A DNA stretch of 64,000 nucleotides, from positions 1,536,001 to 1,600,000 of the forward strand of contig OY970359.1 in the NCBI GenBank assembly GCA_963718665.1. The letters run 5' to 3'. The notes beneath the pieces were generated by a model. It saw only the letters and a list, made by a program, of their open reading frames with translations. It ran no database searches and was not told where the DNA came from. This stretch comes from an uncultured Phycisphaerales bacterium. Its GTDB lineage: Bacteria; Planctomycetota; Phycisphaerae; Sedimentisphaerales; Anaerobacaceae. This document shows positions 60,317 to 64,000 of the stretch, one piece after another; the stretch's first letter is position 1, and each line of letters begins with the position of its first letter. A program made the translations under genes and the position numbers.

Positions 60317-60611
60317 GCGAGCTTAGATATTCACGAATATAAGTCCTAACCACCGATGTAATGGTTTGGTTCAATATAACACCACCTATGAAGCATCCTA
60401 TAACTGCGCAAAGTATTCTCCAATGAATGCCACCAAATCTCATACCTACGGCCTGCCCCAATGCAAAGCAAGCACAAAGAACAAGGATCGCAATCCAGGT
60501 TTGCCAGTGGCACCAAGCTTTCCGATAGAATTTCCTCCAAACTTCTGTTTGTTCCTGTTCAGATAGGTCTGTCAATTCTGGAATCGATTTAAGCGACCAG
60601 TATAGTTTCAT
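60300..60611 (-). CDS. Small membrane protein inside the oxidoreductase operon
   Basis: 103 aa; SIPEL..L motif and two TM segments; AT-richer; tightly packed between the beta and gamma genes. Confidence 0.65.
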   Translation of the reverse strand: MKLYWSLKSIPELTDLSEQEQTEVWRKFYRKAWCHWQTWIAILVLCACFALGQAVGMRFGGIHWRILCAVIGCFIGGVILNQTITSVVRTYIREYLSSHGKTN

Positions 60612-60614
60612 AGG

Positions 60615-61349
60615 TCAGCCCTTTAACCTGCCAAAGGGGAATACCTTGGTCATTTCATTTTGAATATAGAGCATAGCATCAGGCGACGATAATCGCCAGT
60701 AGGTCGGGCAGGGCGAGAGAAGCTCGACTAAGCTAAGACCCTTGGCGTTATTTATTTGCAGTTCAAACGCGTGTTTGAGAGCGGCTTTCGCTTTGCGGAT
60801 ATGGGCTGGGCTGCAAAGTCCGCATCGCTCGACATAAATTGCCCCGGGCAGAACAGCCAAAAGTTCTGAAACATTTAATGGGTATCCCTGGCCGTCAGCT
60901 TTTCTTCCATTCTGGGTGGTGGCGGTGATTTGGCCAAGCATCGTTGTCGGGGCCATTTGTCCGCCCGTCATACCGAATACGGCGTTATTGATGAAGACGA
61001 CTGTGAGTTGTTCGGCACGATGGGCGGCGTGGATAATTTCGGCTGTTCCGATTGCCGCGAGGTCGCCGTCGCCCTGGTATGAGAAGATGATTTTGTCGGG
61101 GTTGGTTCTTTTCATTCCTGTCGCGACCGCGGGGGCTCTGCCGTGAGCGACTTCGACCATATCGACGTCGAGATAATCGTAAGCGAGAACCGCACAACCC
61201 ACCGGTGCGATGCCGATGGTTTTGCCGTGGATGCCTAATTCGTCGATTACCTCGGAGACGAGCCGATGCGCGATGCCGTGGCCGCAGCCCGGGCAATAAT
61301 GCGTCGGGCAATCTTTAAGCGTCGGCGTTCTTTTAAATACGGTCTGCAT
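60615..61349 (-). CDS. 2-oxoacid:acceptor oxidoreductase beta (TPP-binding) subunit
   Basis: YCPGCGHG, HGRA, YQGDGD, NNAVFGMTGGQ and SPCPT. Confidence 0.93.
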   Translation of the reverse strand: MQTVFKRTPTLKDCPTHYCPGCGHGIAHRLVSEVIDELGIHGKTIGIAPVGCAVLAYDYLDVDMVEVAHGRAPAVATGMKRTNPDKIIFSYQGDGDLAAIGTAEIIHAAHRAEQLTVVFINNAVFGMTGGQMAPTTMLGQITATTQNGRKADGQGYPLNVSELLAVLPGAIYVERCGLCSPAHIRKAKAALKHAFELQINNAKGLSLVELLSPCPTYWRLSSPDAMLYIQNEMTKVFPFGRLKG

Positions 61350-61354
61350 CGGCT

Positions 61355-62434
61355 TTATTTCTTCGCTTTTTTAAGCAACTGTTCGATTTTTTCGAGGACT
61401 TTTTCAACGGTTACTATTCCGCCGCCGGGCCTGCCCCAGAATACAACTGGCGATTTGCCCGCGACTGCCAAACGGACGTCCTCTACCATTTGGCCGCAGC
61501 TCATTTCGACGACAAGGAAAATTGGTGACTTATCCGCAACCTTACTTATCTGCTCGGCTGGGAAGGGCCAAAGCGTAATCGGCCTGATACAGCCGACTTT
61601 GATTCCCTGCTCCCTGGCTTGTTGTGCGGCGCGTCGGGCGATTCTGGCGCAGATGCCATAAGCGACGATGATAATATCAGCGTCATCAATATCTGACTGT
61701 TCGCAGCGTGTTTCATTTTTTTCGATTTGGCGATACTTGGCCTGGAGGTCGTAGTTATGCTGTTCGACCGCACCATCCGCCAGCCACAGCGAGCGGACGA
61801 TATTTTGTTTTCTGCCGTCGGCTCCCGTTAAAGCCCAGTCCTTCTTTGGCAGTTTCGAGTTTTGAGTCGTAAGTTTTGAGTTCGTTGGTATCACGACGGG
61901 TTCCATCATTTGGCCGATTATGCCGTCGGCGAGAATAATAGCAGGTATTCGATATTTGTCCGCCAGGTCGAAGGCAAGCGGCATAATATCGGCAAATTCC
62001 TGGACGCCCGATGGGCCGAAGACGATGCAGTGGTAATCGCCGTGGCCTCCGCCTTTTACGGACTGGAAGTAATCACCTTGTGATGGGGCGATATTGCCCA
62101 GGCCGGGGCCTCCCCGCATAACATTTACGATTACACAGGGCAGTTCCGCGGCGGCGAGATAGCTTATGCCTTCCTGCATCAAACTGATGCCCGGGCTGGA
62201 AGAGCTGGTCATAGCTCGTTTACCTGTCGCTGCTGCGCCGAAGACCATATTTATCGCTGCCAGCTCGCTTTCGCTCTGGACGAAGACCCTTTTTTCTTCG
62301 GGCATTCTTTGCGACATATAGGCGGTAACTTCATTCTGTGGCGTGATGGGATAGCCGAAATACGCATCAAGCCCGGCCTGTATCGCCGCCTCCGCCATCG
62401 CTTCATTACCGCACATTAAAACTCTATCGCTCAC
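61355..62434 (-). CDS. vorB: 2-oxoacid:ferredoxin oxidoreductase alpha-type subunit (VorB-like)
   Basis: GNEA, YFGYPITPQ, QSESE, TSSSSPG and RGGPGLG. Confidence 0.9.
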   Translation of the reverse strand: MSDRVLMCGNEAMAEAAIQAGLDAYFGYPITPQNEVTAYMSQRMPEEKRVFVQSESELAAINMVFGAAATGKRAMTSSSSPGISLMQEGISYLAAAELPCVIVNVMRGGPGLGNIAPSQGDYFQSVKGGGHGDYHCIVFGPSGVQEFADIMPLAFDLADKYRIPAIILADGIIGQMMEPVVIPTNSKLTTQNSKLPKKDWALTGADGRKQNIVRSLWLADGAVEQHNYDLQAKYRQIEKNETRCEQSDIDDADIIIVAYGICARIARRAAQQAREQGIKVGCIRPITLWPFPAEQISKVADKSPIFLVVEMSCGQMVEDVRLAVAGKSPVVFWGRPGGGIVTVEKVLEKIEQLLKKAKK

Positions 62435-62721
62435 TTCGATTCTCTGGCTAAGTTATTTATTTCGTTTTTTTTTATTGGGTTGACGGACTTTATGTCAATT
62501 TTATCAGAGCCGGCTTTGTCCCGATATACCTCGATGGCACAATCCGGGCAGATAATCGCACAGTTGGCGCAGCCGGTGCAATTTGGCCCTGTGGATTCAG
62601 CGGGGAAGTATCCCTTGCTGTTGGACTTCTCCGAAATGGTTATTACGTTGTTGGGGCACGCGGTAACACAAAGGGTGCAGCCCTTGCAACGTTCGATATC
62701 GATTATAATTTTTCCGGTCAT
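62431..62721 (-). CDS. 2x[4Fe-4S] ferredoxin-like delta subunit
   Basis: CKGCTLCVTACP and CTGCANCAIICPD; ATG 62721. Confidence 0.92.
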   Translation of the reverse strand: MTGKIIIDIERCKGCTLCVTACPNNVITISEKSNSKGYFPAESTGPNCTGCANCAIICPDCAIEVYRDKAGSDKIDIKSVNPIKKNEINNLARESK

Positions 62722-62897
62722 TTGCGTCTCATTCACCGCAGAAAACCCTCCTTCGCCCATACAACGGACTACGGAGGGCAGGCAACGGAGAACGCTGAGA
62801 AAATTTTTAAATAATGCCCGTGGTCTCCGCGGTAATTGTCGCAACATTATACCGAAGGAGCCAGCGGTTGTAAAGAATAATGAGGCGTATCAACCGC

Positions 62898-64000
62898 TCA
62901 ATAACCGGGCTTGAGGAACAGGTAATATAGTCGGCCTTCCTGGTATGTTTGGCCTGCGAGTTTGCCCGCCGAGTCGCCGATTCCGAGGTAAATATCGCAT
63001 CTGCCTGCCGCGCGGATAGCGCCGCCTGTATCCTGGTCGAGGGCGAAGCCGGCGAACGGGTCGGTATAAGTCATATTGCCTATCTGGCGGGGGAGATTTG
63101 TTGTGAAAAACGTAAGAGCACCGCGGGGGAAGATGGATTTGTCGGTGGCTATGCTTCTGTAAGCGATGACCGGCTCATTCAGACTGCCGTGAGGTCCGCC
63201 TTGTTCTGCCTGCCTGAAAAATACGAAGCGGGGGTTAATCTGGGTGTATTGGCGGACAAGCGCCGAGTTGGCTTTGAAATAATCTATAAGCGATGCCAAA
63301 CTGACACGGTCCGCTGGTATTTTCCCTTCGTTGATGAGCTGTTTGATGATGCTTTTATATTCGTAGCCGTTGTTGGCGGCGTAGCCGTAAGTTACAAGCC
63401 GACCATCGGGCATGCGAATGACCGCTGAACCCTGAACGTGGGCGATATATACCTTGAAGGGGTCGTCGAGCCAGACGATTTCGTTTCCGGCGAGTATATT
63501 GGAATTTTCGATTTCAGCGCGTGCCGGGTATGGTGTAATTTGGCCGTCGGCGCCTTTTCTGCCGAGAATTTGGCCGTTTTCGCCTTTGACTAAGTCATTG
63601 GGCTGGCGGTAGAGGGGATACTGATATTGTGCTGTTTTAACGGTTGAGCCGGAGAAGATGGGGGTGTAGTAGCCGGTGAACAGAACGGTGCCTGCGTCAT
63701 CGCAGCCGACGGACATATAAACGTCGAATTTCTGACGGATGGCGTCGTTGAGCTGACTGCCCGTCAGACCTGATTTGAGCAGGTCTTTAAAGGCAGTAAG
63801 GGATTTGACGACCTGTTCGTGTGTGATGTCTGCGTATGGATAAAATTGGTTGCTCGACGGTTTTTTAAGGTAGTCGAGCGAATTATCAATGGCTGTGGAG
63901 AGATTGGCCAGATTGTGACAGGCGCTGGTGAAATCCGGGATTTCAGCGGGATTGGTAATTTTTCGCAAGGCGAGCTGACCCGGGGCAAGGGGCTTGTCGT
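62898..64000 (-). CDS. mltA: MltA-family lytic murein transglycosylase; 5' end off the window
   Basis: FTGYYTP, HVQGS, NPRFVFF, SIATD and DQDTGGAIR..GRCDIYLG. Confidence 0.92.
   Translation of the reverse strand, partial: DKPLAPGQLALRKITNPAEIPDFTSACHNLANLSTAIDNSLDYLKKPSSNQFYPYADITHEQVVKSLTAFKDLLKSGLTGSQLNDAIRQKFDVYMSVGCDDAGTVLFTGYYTPIFSGSTVKTAQYQYPLYRQPNDLVKGENGQILGRKGADGQITPYPARAEIENSNILAGNEIVWLDDPFKVYIAHVQGSAVIRMPDGRLVTYGYAANNGYEYKSIIKQLINEGKIPADRVSLASLIDYFKANSALVRQYTQINPRFVFFRQAEQGGPHGSLNEPVIAYRSIATDKSIFPRGALTFFTTNLPRQIGNMTYTDPFAGFALDQDTGGAIRAAGRCDIYLGIGDSAGKLAGQTYQEGRLYYLFLKPGY

Noticed and set aside
1..64000. Prophage, IS element, tRNA or rRNA genes; numerous short antisense ORFs in the track
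   Set aside because: No phage structural, integrase or transposase motifs and no recognisable RNA genes. The short ORFs overlap well-supported genes in other frames.

Overview
This 64 kb window is a gene-dense piece of bacterial chromosome. Its gene content suggests an anaerobic Planctomycetota (Phycisphaerae/Sedimentisphaerales-like) organism; that is inferred from lpxB, LolCDE-like genes, dockerin-like C-terminal modules and multiple ExbD genes, and was not verified. The backbone is housekeeping: lpxB, dapB, murA (frameshifted), arfB, addBA, fba, an S41 protease, lysS, lolC/E/D-like genes, ilvE, a polyprenyl synthase, trpB2, rarA, clpX, a 2-oxoacid:ferredoxin oxidoreductase operon and mltA. 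Small, visibly AT-richer accessory cassettes are interspersed: class III cyclase + DEDDh exonuclease, HNH-AP2, a type III-like R-M system, PIN-like + MNT-HEPN, and a type II R-M system. No rRNA, tRNA, CRISPR array, integrase or transposase was seen. Four signals stand out. (1) Several families of 7-nt and 9-nt tandem repeats and short palindromes bracket accessory cassettes, nest inside one another and sit in frame inside core genes. (2) A TonB/TolA-like membrane anchor (SxxxH) is fused through a Pro-rich linker to a VWA/MIDAS domain and is encoded with ExbB/ExbD, a candidate uncharacterised PMF-driven system. (3) Exported proteins appear enriched in D/E-x-N tripeptides. (4) Two independent frameshifts share the same 10-nt context. 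All calls come from motif reading; no database searches were run.
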